Positions 1 through 13,174 are shown, counted from the stretch's first letter. The stretch: 64,000 nt of DNA from Chiloscyllium plagiosum (GCF_004010195.1 NC_057718.1:58309704-58373703), one strand, 5' to 3'. Notes: a model not told the origin generated them from the letters alone. Numbers and translations are program-made.

Positions 1-110
1 TCCGTAGTGTTAGGTAAGGGGTAAATGTAGGGATTTGGGTGGGTTGCGCTTCAGCGGGTCGGTGTGGACTTGTTGGGCCGAAGGGCCTGTTTCCACACTA
101 TAATCTAATC
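1..110 (+). mobile_element. HE1-type V-SINE, 3' part (cut by window edge)
   Basis: Matches the 3' half of fuller copies at 10392 and 52285 (ggtgtggacttgttgggccgaagggcctgtttccacact plus (taatc)n tail). Confidence 0.9.
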
Positions 111-970
111 ATTTCAACATCGGAATCAGGAAATAAAGACCATTGAACTGACTTTCCAGCTTTTTTCCACCTTCATTGCTAGTTTACATTCCTTATTCGT
201 TTGACTATGTGTGTAGAGCTATTTTAAGAAAGTTGTCAGGACACTGAGACATTTAGTGAAAAACGAAAACTGTCCCATTAAGGCTGGGTCATTTGGTCAC
301 TTTGAGGTCAGTCAGTTGAGAAGAAACTATAGGTAGTGAGGAGTCCCTGATCTCTAACCAGTGTTTAGTTTTGAATATAGGTGAAAGTTCATTTGGAGAG
401 TCAGGCCCAGGGCTCTGCATAAATCCAGCACGGTGCAAGGGTCAAGGACATCACTGAACAGTTGCACAACATCCCAAGGAGTCAGAAAGTACAGCCAGCA
501 TTTGTGGTCCATATTGGTACCAATAAATGGAGAAATTTAGTGTGACAATTAATATTTAGGGAGCTAAATAGGAAGTTAATGAGTAGAAGCTCAAAAGTAA
601 TAATCTCTGGAATACGCCCAGTATTATGTACAGGTGAGTACAGAAATAGGAGGATAGAGGGGATGATTGCATGACTGGAGAAATTGTGCAGGACAGACAG
701 CTTTCACTTCTTGGAATTTTTCCATCAGTTCTGGGGGAGATGGAGCCTCTTTAGGCTGGACCCAATCAGAATTGAAAGTAATTTTCTTGTGGGGAAATTT
801 GCTGAGGAGGGTTCACTTGGCTGTGAGGTAGATGCCAGGAAGTCACACTAGAGAAGAATACCAAGGTACAAACAATATTGTAGTGTAGCTCTAGAATAGG
901 AAATATTTATTCAGTGGATTCAGCATAAGAGGAAAAATAATAAAGTCTAACTTAGGGTTACAGTACTGTA

Positions 971-1677
971 TGTTGTTGTGGGTAAATCACAAGTTACCTT
1001 TACTTCGGCTACTTATTAAGAAATCTCACAATCAATTACTGAAACAATGATCTAAACTTTATTGCATGTAGCAACCAAATAAGACCTCTCAAGTAAACAA
1101 GTTAAACCTCCTAACTTGGCTATTACCTAATTATGGTCGATGTTAGCTGCAATTCTAACCCACAGATGAGTCTCTGGCAGTGTTCAGGGTTTGATCCTTG
1201 TGCAGTGTTGTCTTTCGAAGTCCTGCTGCTGAATTATTCTCATGTCAGATTCTTCTCCAGTTTTTCATCCTTCAGGTTTGTGATGTGATATTATTGATGA
1301 CTCTTTAGATTCTCTCATCCAAAATATTGCAAGTCTACAGCTTGCCTTCTTATCAGAAGTAGCTTCTTTGTTCCTTGTTACATAAAGCTGAACCGTCTGC
1401 TTGAAAACATAGCTTTCCTGCAATTAAACCCAAAACGTTTCTGCAGGGCTTGTAGCAATAAAGCAGTCCATTAACAAGCAGATGTCAAAACAATTTTGCT
1501 TCGATTCCTTCTTTTTCCAGGCATGGTTAATTGCTTTCAATTCTTGTACAAGTTTGTTGTTGTCCCATAATAGTTTATTCCAGAGATATTGCTGCTTCTT
1601 TCCTTGTAAGAGTTTATCTTTGTTGATTATTTCAATCTATGACCAGTTATTAAAGTCTTGAAGTTTATAATATCACA
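971..1677 (-). mobile_element. Putative solo LTR inserted in the CR1
   Basis: About 700 bp interrupting collinear CR1 sequence; TG..CA ends; minus-strand AATAAA near 1060; no clear TSD. Confidence 0.4.
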
Positions 1678-3129
1678 AAGTGAGCATTTATTAGTGTTAT
1701 GAAGCAGATAGCCACATTGACATATGATGCTGTGATAATATCAGAGACCTTGCTCAAATAAAGGGTATGAAATATTCCTGGGTTGGATGGCTCAGGTCTT
1801 CTGATGGGACAATAGTCATTGCAGCAGCTTGGGTTGAAGGTGCATATCAGGACCATGTGGAAATCCCAATGCAGTTGAACCCACTGGAATAGCCTGGGGA
1901 GTTGAAACTCTGATGGGCAATTGCTCAGCATCTGGAATCCTCTGAAAAACTCCCCCAACCCTGAGATAAACTTAGAGACTTTGAATAGTTCCCACCAATC
2001 TCCTTCCACGCTGTTCACCTGCCACTGTGCCCACTCCCACAGTATCAGCCTACAATTCTGCCCTCTTAACTATTTATGATACTTGCTCACAACCATTCAC
2101 TGGAAATAATGAAGTAACATTGAAGATTAAAATAAATAAGAGAAACTAATTACATTTAGAATTGTTATTAAATAACACTTTCATTAATCTTTAAAACAAA
2201 ATTAAAAATCAACAATTAATCAATGAAAATAATGTTAAATGTTTAAATGTTACCGAGGAAATAATTTTCAAAAGCTGCATAATACCTACAGAGGCTTCAT
2301 TACATTCACTCTTTCTGTGTTAATTGCTCTGTTGTTCACGGTTTCTCTTAAAAGGCATTCCCAGGTTCTTTAGTGTCATGCAACTTAACCTCCCTTGCAC
2401 AATTTCAAGCCCTAAACCGTAGACTGAGACGGTGGCAAGCTGGAGTCTGGCCTTGAAAAATATGAAAAGTGACATTTTTGATCTGATTACTGTTAGTTTG
2501 AAGTTCTGGGCCATGGTGTGTAGGAAAGGATAAAGCAAGGAAAGGTGAACAGTTGAGTATTGATTAAGAAGCACATTGCAGTGCTGGAGAGAGAGGATGT
2601 CCGAGGAAGGTCAAGAACAATATCAATTTGGCTATAGCTAAGAACAAAAATAGTGCAATTACATTGCAGTCAAGATACCAACTAATTCGAAAGACACAGA
2701 AGAATAAATTTGCAAGGAAATTGGAAACAAGTGCAAATATTATAGAACAATCATAATGGGGGATTTTAAATGTTGAAATATATCTTGGATAACCATGGTG
2801 TAAGGGACAGGGACAAGAGTTATTAAATTGTGTTCATGTGAGTTTTCTGAAGCAATGCATTTGCAGCTCAATGAGAAAGGAGATTGCTGGAGGTGTTACT
2901 TAGAAATGATGTGAGCCAATTGGATGAAATGTCGGGAGAGGGAAACATATTCGGACAGTGATCATTGTATCATGAGGTTTAGGTTGGATGTGGAAAAGGA
3001 CAGTTTATATTCGAGACGAAGAATAATTAATTGAAGGAAAAGTCAACTTCAGAAAAAAAATGGATTCAGAAAGTGGATTCAAAACTTAGCAGGCAAAATT
3101 GTATCTGAAGAATGGCTGTTTTTAAACAA

Positions 3130-3220
3130 TAGGCAGAAGTGAGTACTGCAGATGCTGGAGATTAGAGTCCTCGGATGCTGCCTGACCCGCTGTGCTTTTT
3201 CAGCTCCACTCTAATCTTGC
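3130..3220. mobile_element. Mini fold-back Penelope terminal-repeat derivative
   Basis: Head (gaagtgagtactgcagatgctggag) plus inverted arm related to the terminus at 7420; flanks ttttaaacaa / ttttaaataa. Confidence 0.75.
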
Positions 3221-4067
3221 TTTTAAATAAGAGATAGTCCAAGTGTAGTCTAGGTATATTCCCAAGATGAGGAAAGAGAGGACAAACAATTCAGAGCTTC
3301 CTGCTTCATAAAAGAGGTAGCCTTTAAAATGAAAATTTGTGCTTCTGATTAAAGTTAGTTGAGGACTGGGTTGAATGTAGAAGGTTCAGAGGGGAATTTT
3401 AAAAACAAGTGACAGAAACAAAGGGGGAGCATGAGCAAAGACTAGCAATGAAGTTAAAAGGAAATCTGAAAGTCCTCTATAGGCTTATAAATATTAATAT
3501 GGCTGCAAGAAATTAGGGACTAAAATGAGCATTATGCATAGACGGAGGTATAAGGCTGATTTTTAAACTACCAGGGTAATATTTTACATCTGTCTTTACT
3601 AAAGAAGAATATGCTGCTCAGGTCATGGTGAAAGAGAAGGCAGTTGAGACACTTGAAGGGTATAAGTAGATAAGGAAATGATATTGAATGCGCTGTCTGA
3701 ACTTAAATTCGATAAGGCTGCAAAACCAGATGAAATGCACCCAAGGGCATTTCAGAAAATAAGAGTGGAAATTGTGGACAGACTGACCATCATTTTTCTA
3801 TCTTCTTTCGACTCACGGGCTGTTGCCAGAGGCCTGAAGAATTGTGAATGCTAAAGCCTAGCTCAGAAAAGAGTACAAGGATAAATCCAATAACAACAAG
3901 TCAATCAGTTAATTTTGGTGATGGGAAAGCTATCAGTCACTCGGGCAATTTCAGGTGAATTAAGGCAAGTCAACATTGCTTGGTTAAGGGTAAACTTATA
4001 TTTGAGCAACTTCAACACATCTCCAGGACAGCAGCCAGCAACAGCATCCTTCCATTTAGTACAACAG

Positions 4068-6306
4068 TGAAAGAACTCCATAGAGGCCAGTATCCCATCA
4101 GCAAGTCACCCCTTTATTTCCTCATGGTGAGTCCTTGACATTGATCCAGCTTCCTCAGAGCCAGCTGTCATACTGAAAAGAACCTTTGACACGCCTGTTC
4201 TTCTCTGTCAGCCAGAGCTCCCTGATTGGACCAGATTAACAGCCCCAATCAGGGAACTCGTATTCTATGAGGTCCATCTGACTGACCTTATTCCAATTAC
4301 TACATCCCTCCCTCTCTGAGTCCGAGGGCATAGGCTGTTTCTTCTTTTTGTAGCTCCTCCTGGGGCGTTTCTCCAACTTTGCCTCTGATACGGGCAGTGT
4401 GCAACACACAATGGCTTGCTTCTTGTGCCCAGAACATCTTGTAAGAAATTCATTCTCCCCTTCAAGCAGTAAAGGCGTTGAGGTGGCGACATCTGCCCTG
4501 TCAGATTCTGAGGTGTCTTCAACGCTTGACGGAGAGGGAGAACTCAGCTGGTTCTGGAACAGTCAGAAACCTATGAGCTCTCTTACTCAATTTCAGTCTA
4601 GTGGGACACTTTTGCTGTCGAGTCCACATACTGGCAGCAACTACAATGGCTTGCCGGCCCCGATCCTGAAGAAAATGTTAACCATTTGGTGAGGCTTGGC
4701 TTTGTTTTGGAGTTTTGCTGTGGGCTGACCGGGAGTCCGTCCATTCATTGTATGTTCTGAGTGAGGCTATGTCATTGCCTTCACCCAAGTGGTGTTCCCC
4801 AAGCTCAGTCAGACTGACAAGGCTGTCACTTCTATCAGAATACCCTGTAACTCCTATGCTCCACTAGCGGCATTTTCCAATGATAATGCCAGTTGTAGTT
4901 CCTGCTCAAAGTCCAGATGGGTTTCAGCAAGTAAGAACTTTTGCGTGGTCACATCATTAAACCCACCACGCCAAGTGGTCTCTCAGCATCTCATTAAGGG
5001 TTAAACCAAAGTTACATGCATCTGCCAATCATCTTAACCTAATCAAAAATCCCAATATGGATAACTCTGATTCTGGAATTGCTGTTTATAACTGATAGTG
5101 TTTCAGAATTAGAGGAGGCTCATGTCATAATATTGCATAACTAAATCCATCAGCTCTTGAAAGGGGTTAGTATCTGGTGCCTCAGGGAAAGTCAGGCTCC
5201 TAATAACCAAAAAAGGTTCACAAGCTGTCAGGAGAATTACTCATTATTTTTCATCTGCCCCATTGTCATTTGCCTCGAAAAAATGATGCATTATTTCTGC
5301 ATACTGGGCCCAGTCTTCAAAAGCAGTATCAAACAAGTCAAGCTTCCCAAATAATAGCATGATGTCAGAAATGCTTACCCCAACACAAAGATGAATGCTG
5401 CAAGTGGATTACTTCAAGACCGTGCTTTTCTCTTGTCATCACTAAAACAACTCCACAAAGGCAGGTATGCCATCATCAAGCCACCATTTATTTAGATGCG
5501 GCGTATCCTTGACACGGATCCAACTTACTCAGAGCCAGCTTTCAGAGTGAACAAAGGCTCTGACATTCCTGTTTATTTTTTTTAATTTTTTTAGACACAA
5601 TGTGCACAAATCTTTATTCAAATTCCACCACCAGGAAGATAGGAAAACACCCGAGAGGCCAGTGACAAACACTGCCCTTCACATCAAAGGGCAGTGCTGT
5701 GTGATCAAAACAGTGAAGAGGAGGGTAGGGACTAAATCAAAATAGAGTTGGAGGGGGAAATAATGCACTCCACTCCCTGCGGCGCCCACCTCTCCCTGAA
5801 CGACACTCCTGTTTATTTATTTATTTATTTATTTATTTTCTTTTGCCCTTACCCAATCCTATTTTTTTTTTTTTTTTATTTAACCCCCACACTACCGGCT
5901 AACTGCGGTAGTGCTTATTTTTCTCCAGCACCCATAGTGTGTGTGTAGGTGTGAGACACAGTAAGAGACACAAGGGGCACAAATCTTTATTTAATTTCCA
6001 CCACCAGGAGGATAGGAAAACACCCGAGTGGCCAGTGACAAGCACTGCCCTTCACATCAAAGGGCAGTGCTTTGTGATCAAAACAGTGAAGGGGAGGGTA
6101 GGGACTAAATCAAAATAGAGTTGGAGGGGGAAATAATGCACTCCACTCCCTGCGGCGCCCACCTCTCACTGAACGACACTCCTGTTTATATCTGTCAGCC
6201 ATAGCTCCCTGATTGGACCAGATTAATAACCCACATTTTATATATTTTTTACATATATACTCATATTCTATGAGGTCACTTGGCTGACCTCATTACAGTC
6301 AATACA
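4068..6306 (-). mobile_element. Internally deleted Gypsy LTR retrotransposon with two diverged LTRs (4068-4304 and 5443-6306), gag start and PPT
   Basis: Paired direct repeats sharing gctccctgattggaccagattaa; purine tract at 4305-4317 on the minus strand; gag-like MLLFGKLDLFDTAFEDWAQY starting ~5360; degenerate PBS-like gtgatgacaag next to the 5' LTR. Confidence 0.8.
5576..6174 (-). mobile_element. Two tandem 3'-end fragments of a Tx1-like LINE inside the Gypsy LTR
   Basis: Each encodes F(R/S)ERWAPQGVECIISPSNSILI* followed by a 3'UTR hairpin (cactgccctt..aagggcagtg), AATAAA and an A-rich tail; target gacaYtcctgttta at 5562, 5802 and 6175. Confidence 0.75.
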
Positions 6307-7419
6307 AATTCCATATTAAAGGCTGATGTTCCCTATATGAGAACACTGTGTTATCTGTACATGTTGCATGACCCTCCTGCCAAGAGCTCAGGGAGCCAGC
6401 AGCGTAGATCCCACTTGGTCTAAGATTGCAATCAAATAAATAAGGAAGTGGCTCCAGGTTTGCAGGTTGGGTGCATCAACAACAATGCACATGGTCAAGT
6501 CACAAATTGTGGCTTCTTTGTCAAGAACAGGCAGTAAAGAACTTTTAAATCTTTTTGGCTTTATTACAAGAACAAGTCTGTTTTTAACGGGTGGTGTATG
6601 GTTCAAGATGACAATCAAAAGCTGTTTCAAAACTGACTTTGAGCAATTTGATTTTGGCAGCCATTGTTGGCTGTCGGTTTTCGTTTACAATTATTGTTTA
6701 AGATTAACTTTCACTTATGTTACAATTCGCTGATTGGAACATTCTCAACCTGTATTCTTTGTTAAGGAGTTTGCAACTTGAAGCAGTCAGTTGCAATTAC
6801 GTGTCCTCAGGATTTCTGTCCCATAAGATAGTTCTTTGCTCCATCCACAGTTAGGTTACTGAAGTAATATTTTTCTTTTGCAGTGTCATTTAAAATTGGA
6901 CTTTCTGGCTGTAAACAGATAGATATCATATTTAACTTCTTCAACATTCTCATTCACTACTGCTTTAAATGGAAGAAAACATTTACGAAAGTAACTGAAA
7001 CAAAACTTATTGGTTTCTCAGAAGCAAGAAATGCTGCATTTGTTTTGAGCTAGTGCTTTTATTGACAATGTGTTGATGAGATGTTGTAACAGGGAATGAA
7101 TGACTGTATACTGTCAGTGAGGCAGCGGTCTATCTTCAATATTATTTTGAAGCAGTGGTCAGAATTTCACAACACTTCATGGGTTTGCAAGATTGCAGTA
7201 TTGATCTATCTTATTTGTTATCACAGTTACAAATGTGCAATGCTTAAATAGTGATCCTAGTCTCCCTGTTTCTCACTCATACTGGGGACAAGTTGGTGTG
7301 GCTTTTCATTTCTAAAAATAAAGCTTTATTCTGCATCTGGCTGATTATTTGAAACTATAGGAACTTATGAGGAACACAGTTGTTTGAGCTTCTAAGATTA
7401 CCTAACACCATTCTGAGTA

Positions 7420-7994
7420 GGCAGAAGTGGGTACTGCAGATGCTGGAAATCAGATTAGAGTAGAATGGTGCTGGAAAAGCACAGCAGGTCAGGCAGCATC
7501 CGAAGAGCAGGAAATTCAACGTTTCAGGCAAAAGCCCCTCATCAGGAATGAAGGCAGGGAGCCTCCAGGGTGGAGAAATAAATGGGGTGAGGGGGAGCAG
7601 GTAGCCAAGAGTACAATAGGTGGATGGAGGTGGGGATGAAGATGTTAGGTCAGAGAGTAGGGTGGAGTGGATAGGTGGGAAGGAAGATTGGCAGGTAGGA
7701 CAGGTCATGAGGATTGTACTGAGCTGGAAGGTTGGAAGTGAGGTAAGGTGGGGGGAGGGGATATGAGGAAACTAGTGAAGTCCACATTGATGCCCTGGGC
7801 TTGAAATGTTCCGAGGTGGAAGGTGAGGCATTCTTCCTCCAGGTGTCAGGCGGCGAGGGAGTGGTGATGGAGGAGGCCAGGACCTGCATGTCCTCGGCAG
7901 AGTGGGAGCGTGAGTTGAAATGTTGGGCCACGGGGCAGTGGGGTTATTGGTGCGGGTGTCCCGGAGATGTTCCCTAAAGCGCTCTGCGAGAAGG
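7420..7994 (-). mobile_element. 5'-truncated Penelope-like element (GIY-YIG C-terminus plus terminal repeat)
   Basis: LAERFREHL and AQHFNSRSHSAEDMQVL; perfect 12-bp TSD ccattctgagta at 7408 and 7995. Confidence 0.88.
7514..7549 (-). ncRNA. Minimal type-I hammerhead ribozyme motif (PLE family A)
   Basis: AUUC-CUGAUGA-G-GGGC(UUUU)GCCU-GAAA-C-GUU/GAAU: 4-bp stem I, stem II, palindromic AACGUU stem III. Confidence 0.8.
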
Positions 7995-8099
7995 CCATTC
8001 TGAGTACCCCACAATCATACATTATTGTACCTTTCTCATTTCATGAAGAATTACATATATCATGCAATCTTACTCCTCAATGGTTTAGGATTGACGATA

Positions 8100-8450
8100 T
8101 CCATTGGAAAGACTCTAGGTTTTGATTATACCATTACATTTCTGTCTAATGTTTGAGAGACGATCTAGATAATCTGTGAGAGCAGACACCTGGTATATGT
8201 TGATGCCTGTTACATCTTCAAAGTCAAATCAAGATAGTGTTTGATGCATTTCCATTGACATTTGGCATGGGCAGTTGGCTTCCAAAATTCAATCTCTCTG
8301 CTCTAATCTTTCATCCAGATAACCAGCACGGTGAGATTATACCCCCAGGAATCTACATGCATCTGAAGTTCTGTCAAACTTCAATTTTCCTCCACTCACA
8401 GTTCTATCAGTTCTCTCAGTGATGTCAGACGGAATCTCCCCTAACACTGC
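8100..8450 (-). mobile_element. Highly degenerate RT-domain LINE fragment (RTE-like)
   Basis: TVSGGKLKF...CRFLGV resembles the RT domain-7 'F.YLG' region. Confidence 0.35.
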
Positions 8451-9407
8451 AAAATCCCAATAATCCACTGTAACGCTGCTAAATTTCAGGGAGTTCCAAT
8501 TTAATGGGAGACCTAAACACCACTTCACATCATAATGCCCGACACTGAAATGGACCAATCAGTGCAGGGCAGTGAGAGGCCACCAGTGGAGGTCATTACC
8601 CCAGGAGTATATCAGGCAGGAAAATCGATTGGACCCATTGACCCCATATATTTTGAGACCAAGTTCTTGGCAGACTGAGGGCAGAGCTTATACCCAGAAT
8701 GCAGGCTGAAGGATGGATGGAATCTGGAGCATGGGAGAAGAAAAAGAAGGAAAAGAAGTTTGATTTGGAAGCGAGGAGCAGAAGTAGAAGTGCAGGGCTG
8801 GTAAGTCCTGAATAGTGAAAACCATGAATAGGGCAGTCAGAAGCCTCTGGTGATTGCTAGAGAACAGACAACTGGACTCAGAGTGGATGTGCAGCTGTTA
8901 GACACTCGTGCAGACTGCCAGGACAGCACTCTGAATTCATGAGGCCACAAGGAAAGAAGTTCCCTTTCCTGTTGGATGGTGTACACAATGTAATTCATGT
9001 GGCCATGGGAAATTTGCCGTAGAATTTGCCACTGACTGAACTCTGTTCCCCATCTGATTAAAGATTAGAAGTGAAGCTCCTGACAGTCTCCTAGTGGTTT
9101 TGGAACATCAGCTATGAATGTCCCAATGTCAATAGTTTGTTTTCCTGAGTTAAGCTCTTCCATCAATGTTCGCAAAGTTTTGATGCCTATTGACATATAG
9201 AGACCTTGTTGTATGACCTCCATGCAGTCTGTGTTCAAGGAATCTCTAAAAATATCTAGTTCTGCCAAAACGAAGAACCATCCTCCAAAGCCAAAGAAAC
9301 AGTGTTATCCATGTAACTAAACCCCAGTCACCTTTACCATTTTGTTCTGCACTTTCATTTTTTAAAGTGGCAGGGGTTAAAATTAATTTTTAAGTAATTG
9401 GATTTTT

Positions 9408-9755
9408 TTATTCATTCATGGGCTGAGAATATCATTGGCTAGGCCAGCATTTATTGCCTGTCCCTAATTGCCCAGAGGGCAGTTAAGAGTCACATTGCTG
9501 TGGGTCTGGAGTCACATGTAGACCAGATCAGGTAAGGATGGCAGTTTCCTTCCCTGAAGGGTATTAGTGAACCGGGTAGGTTTTTCCAACAATTGACAAT
9601 GGATTCATAGTCACCATTAGACGATCAATTCCAGATTTTTGTTTAATTCCAATTCCAATATCTACCATGGTAGGATTTGAACCCAAGTCCCCAGAACATG
9701 ACCTGGGACTCTGGATTAATAGTCTAGCAATAATACCATTAGGGCATCGCCTCCC
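9408..9755 (-). mobile_element. tRNA-derived SINE whose tail is shared with the RTEX-like LINE
   Basis: Minus strand starts gggaggcgatg, B-box-like ggttcaaatcc, tail gcaataaatgctggcc..cccatgaatgaat also seen at 18570-18630; second copy at 51345. Confidence 0.8.
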
Positions 9756-10391
9756 AATATGTGATAGATCAATATTAGGCCAGTAATTTACTGTGTGTGT
9801 AGAATTTTGGTAAAGTTATGGAATTCAACCCTTAATCCACAGGTAAAGTATCATTTAATAAAAATGGATTCTGATTTATTCAGCAAATCAGCAGCCATGA
9901 AATTACCTCCAACCTGAAATAAGCACTTCTAATTGTTTTAGAACTGTGTGTCCTACAAGTCAGCATCAGAACTATACTATAGATTCTGGCTGCACTGTAA
10001 AGATGTACATTTGTTCACGATTCACCATCAATGATTACGTTAATTTGGTGACATTGGTTGGTGCTCTGCAGCACTGAATAAAATAACCTCATCCAATCAC
10101 TGAGAAGGAATGTGAACAGTAAGTATATGTCCATAGTTGCAATAAAAGGACATTACGTTCTGCCTTTGTTTGAAATAACTTCTCTATTACACGTTGCAAA
10201 TCAACATCTATTCAGACTGACAACGCTAGCAATTTGCTCAGCATGGTTAGTGGTGGAGCACTGGAGTTCTTGTGGGCTGTATTGTGGCAGAATTTTCATT
10301 CTTGATTGCCCTCCTTAAATGATGAACAGTCTTGCTCCTATCTCCAAATATTTTATCAGAAACAGATTATCGGAAAAGAAATAGAAATAAA

Positions 10392-10697
10392 CACGATGGC
10401 ACAGTGATTAGCACTGCTGCCTCACAGCGCCAGAGACCCGGGTTCAATTCCCGCCTCAGGCGACCGACTGTGTGGAGTTTGCACGTTCTCCCCGTGTCTG
10501 CGTGGTTTCCTCCAGGTGCTCCGGTTTCCTCCCACAGTCCAAAGATGTGCAGGTCAGGTGAATTGGCCATGCTAAATTGCCTGTAGTGTTAGGTAAGGGG
10601 TAAATGTAGGGGGCATGGGTGGGTTGCGCTTCGGCGGGTCGGTGTGGACTTATTGGGCTGAAGGGCCTGTTTCCACGCTGAAATGTAATCTAATCTA
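10392..10697 (+). mobile_element. HE1-type V-SINE
   Basis: A/B-box head (tggcacagtg..ggttcaattcc), V-domain (gtgtggagtttgcacgttctccccgtg), CR1-like tail and (taatc)n. Confidence 0.93.
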
Positions 10698-13060
10698 ATA
10701 GCTCAAGTCCTCCAACCCTGGCAACATCCTCGTAAATCTTTTCTGAATCCTTTCAAGTTTCACATCTTTCCGATAGGAAGGAGACCAGAATTGCATGCAA
10801 TATGCCAACAGTGGCCTAACCAATGTCCTGTACAGCCGCAACATGACCTCCCAACTCCTGTACTCAATATTCTGACCAAAAAAAGAAAGTATACCAAACA
10901 CCTTCTTCACTATCCTATTGACCTGCGACTCCACTTTCAAGGAGTTATGAACCTGCACTTCAAGGTCTCTTTGTTCAGCAACAGTCCCTAGGACCTTCAC
11001 ATTAACTGTATAAGTCCTGCCAAGAGTTGCTTTCCCAAAATGCAGCATCTCGCATTTATCTGAATTAAACTCCATCTGCCACTTCTCAGCCCATTGGCCC
11101 ATCTGGTCCAGATCCTGTTGTCATATAAGGTAACCCTCTTCGCTGTCCACTACCCCTCCAATTTTGGTGTCACCTGCAAACTTACTAACTGTAGCACTTA
11201 TACTCGCATCCAAATCATTTACTTAAATGACTAAAAGTAGAGGACCCAGCACTGATCCTTGTGGCACTCCACTGGTCACAGGCCTCCAGTCTGAAAAACA
11301 ACTGTCCACCATTACCCTCTGTCTTCTACCTTTGAGCCAGTTCTGTATCCAAATGGCTAGTTCTCCCTGTATTCCTTGAGATCTAACCTTGCTAATCAGT
11401 CTCCCATGGGGAACCTTGTCAAACGCCTCACTGATGTCCATATAGATCACATCCACCACTCTGTCCTCATCAATCCTCTTTGTTACTTCTTCAAAAAACT
11501 CTATCAAGTTTGTGAGACATGATTTCTCACGCACAAAGCCATATTGACTATCCCTAATCAGTCCTTGCCTTTCCAAATATATGTACATGCAGTCCCTCAG
11601 GATTCCCTCCAACAACCTGCAACTCACTGATGTCAGGCTCACTGGTCTATAGTTTCCTGGCTTGTCCTTACTACCCTTCTTGAAGAATGGCACTACATAA
11701 GCCAACCTCCAGTCTTCCGGCACCTCACCTCTGACTAGTGATGATACAAATATCTCAGCAAGAGGACCAGCAATCACTTCTCTAGCTTCCCACAGAGTTC
11801 TGGGTACATCTGATCAGGTCCTGGGGGTTTATCCATCTTTACACATTTGAAGACATCCAGCACTTTCTCCTCTGTAATATAGGCATTTTGTAAGGTGTCA
11901 CCATCTATTTCCCTACATTCTATATCTTCCATATCCTTTTCCACAGTAAATACTGGTGCAAAATACTCATTTAGTATCCCTTAATGTATTTGTAAAAACC
12001 CTTTGGATTCTCCTTAATTCTATTTGCCAAAGCTATCTCATATCCCCTTTTTGCCCTCCTGATTTCCCTCTTAAGTATACTCCTACTGCCTTTACACTCT
12101 TCTAAGGATTCACTCAATCTATCCAGTCTATACTTTACATATGCTTCCTTCTTTTTCTTAACCAAACCCTCAATTTCTTTAGTCATCCAGCATTCCCTAT
12201 CCCTACCAGCCTTACCTTTCACCCTAACAGGAATGTACTTTCTCTGGATTCTTGTTATCTCATTTCTGAAGCCTTCTCATTTTCCAGTTGTGCCTTTAAC
12301 TGCGAATATATGCCCCCAGTCAGCTTTCGAAAGTTCTTGCCTAATACCATCACAATTGGCCTTTCTTCAATTTAGAACTTCAACTTTTAGATCTGGGCTA
12401 TCCTTTTCCATCTCTATTTTACAATCTAATGGAATTATCATTGCTGGCCCCAGAGCTCGCCCACTGACACCTCAGTCACCTGCTCTGCCTTATTTCCCAT
12501 GAATAGGTCAGGTTTTGCATCTTCCCTAGTAGGTACATCCACATACTGAATCAGAAAATTTACTTGTACATACTTCACAAATTCCTCTCCATCTAAACCC
12601 TTACCACTATGGCAGTCCCAGTCTATGTTTGGAAAGTTAAAATCGCCTACCATAACTACCCAATTATTCTTACAGATAGCTGAGATCTCCTTACAAGTTT
12701 GTTTCTCAATTTCCCTCTGACTATTAGGGGGTCCCAATAAGGTTTTCATCCCTTTCTTATTTCTCAGTTCGATCCAAATAACTTCCCTGGTTGTATTTCC
12801 AGGAATATCCTCCCTTACCACAGCTGTAATGCTATCCCTTATCAAAAATGCCCCTCCCCCTCCTCTCTTGCCTCCCTTTCTATCCTTCCTGTAGCATTTG
12901 TATCCTGGAACATTAAGCTGCCAATCCTGCCCAGCCCTGAGCCACATTTCTGTAATTGCAATGATATCCCAGTCCCATGTTCCTAACCATGCCCTGAGTT
13001 CATCTGCTTTCCCTGTTAGGCCCCTTGCATTGAAATAAATGCAGTTTAATTTATTAGTCC
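10698..13060 (-). pseudogene. CR1 ORF2 (APE endonuclease plus reverse transcriptase), disrupted
   Basis: VMVGDFNFPNIDW; GNYRPVSLTS; AFDKVPH; SGVPQGSVLGPLL; WAEKWQMEFN. Confidence 0.93.
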
Positions 13061-13174
13061 TACCTTGTCCCTGTCTACCCTGACTGTTTGACTCGCTTTT
13101 GTTCTCAACTGTACCAATCTCAGATTGACCTCTTTCCTCACTATCTCCCTGGGTCCCGCCACCCCACCTTACTA

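Larger units (their letters stand above)
400..4013 (+). mobile_element. Old, fragmented CR1 LINE (ORF1 esterase, APE endonuclease, RT N-terminus), interrupted at about 971-1677, 1790-2515 and 3130-3220
   Basis: Degenerate motifs GARVKDITEQL..VVHIGTN (430-525), ISETLL (~1740), IIMGDF (~2750) and QH...KGK (~3970); many stops and frameshifts. Confidence 0.75.

Noticed and set aside
8560..9030. Possible Harbinger or MITE remnant (also 1790-2515 and 25350-25570)
   Set aside because: Only single TIR-like words such as gaatttgcc or aattctgccc; no matched pair or coding motif to support a call
9825..9850. Plus-strand ccacag|gtaaag as a second recursive splice site
   Set aside because: Weak polypyrimidine tract and weaker donor; on the opposite strand to the better candidate
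10392..10470. tRNA genes at SINE heads (also 27008, 29698, 50250, 52285)
   Set aside because: A/B boxes run straight into SINE body and tail; no complete cloverleaf
11960..12000. Shared deletion hotspot with the CR1 copy near 39710
   Set aside because: Breakpoints differ and two copies cannot show a hotspot
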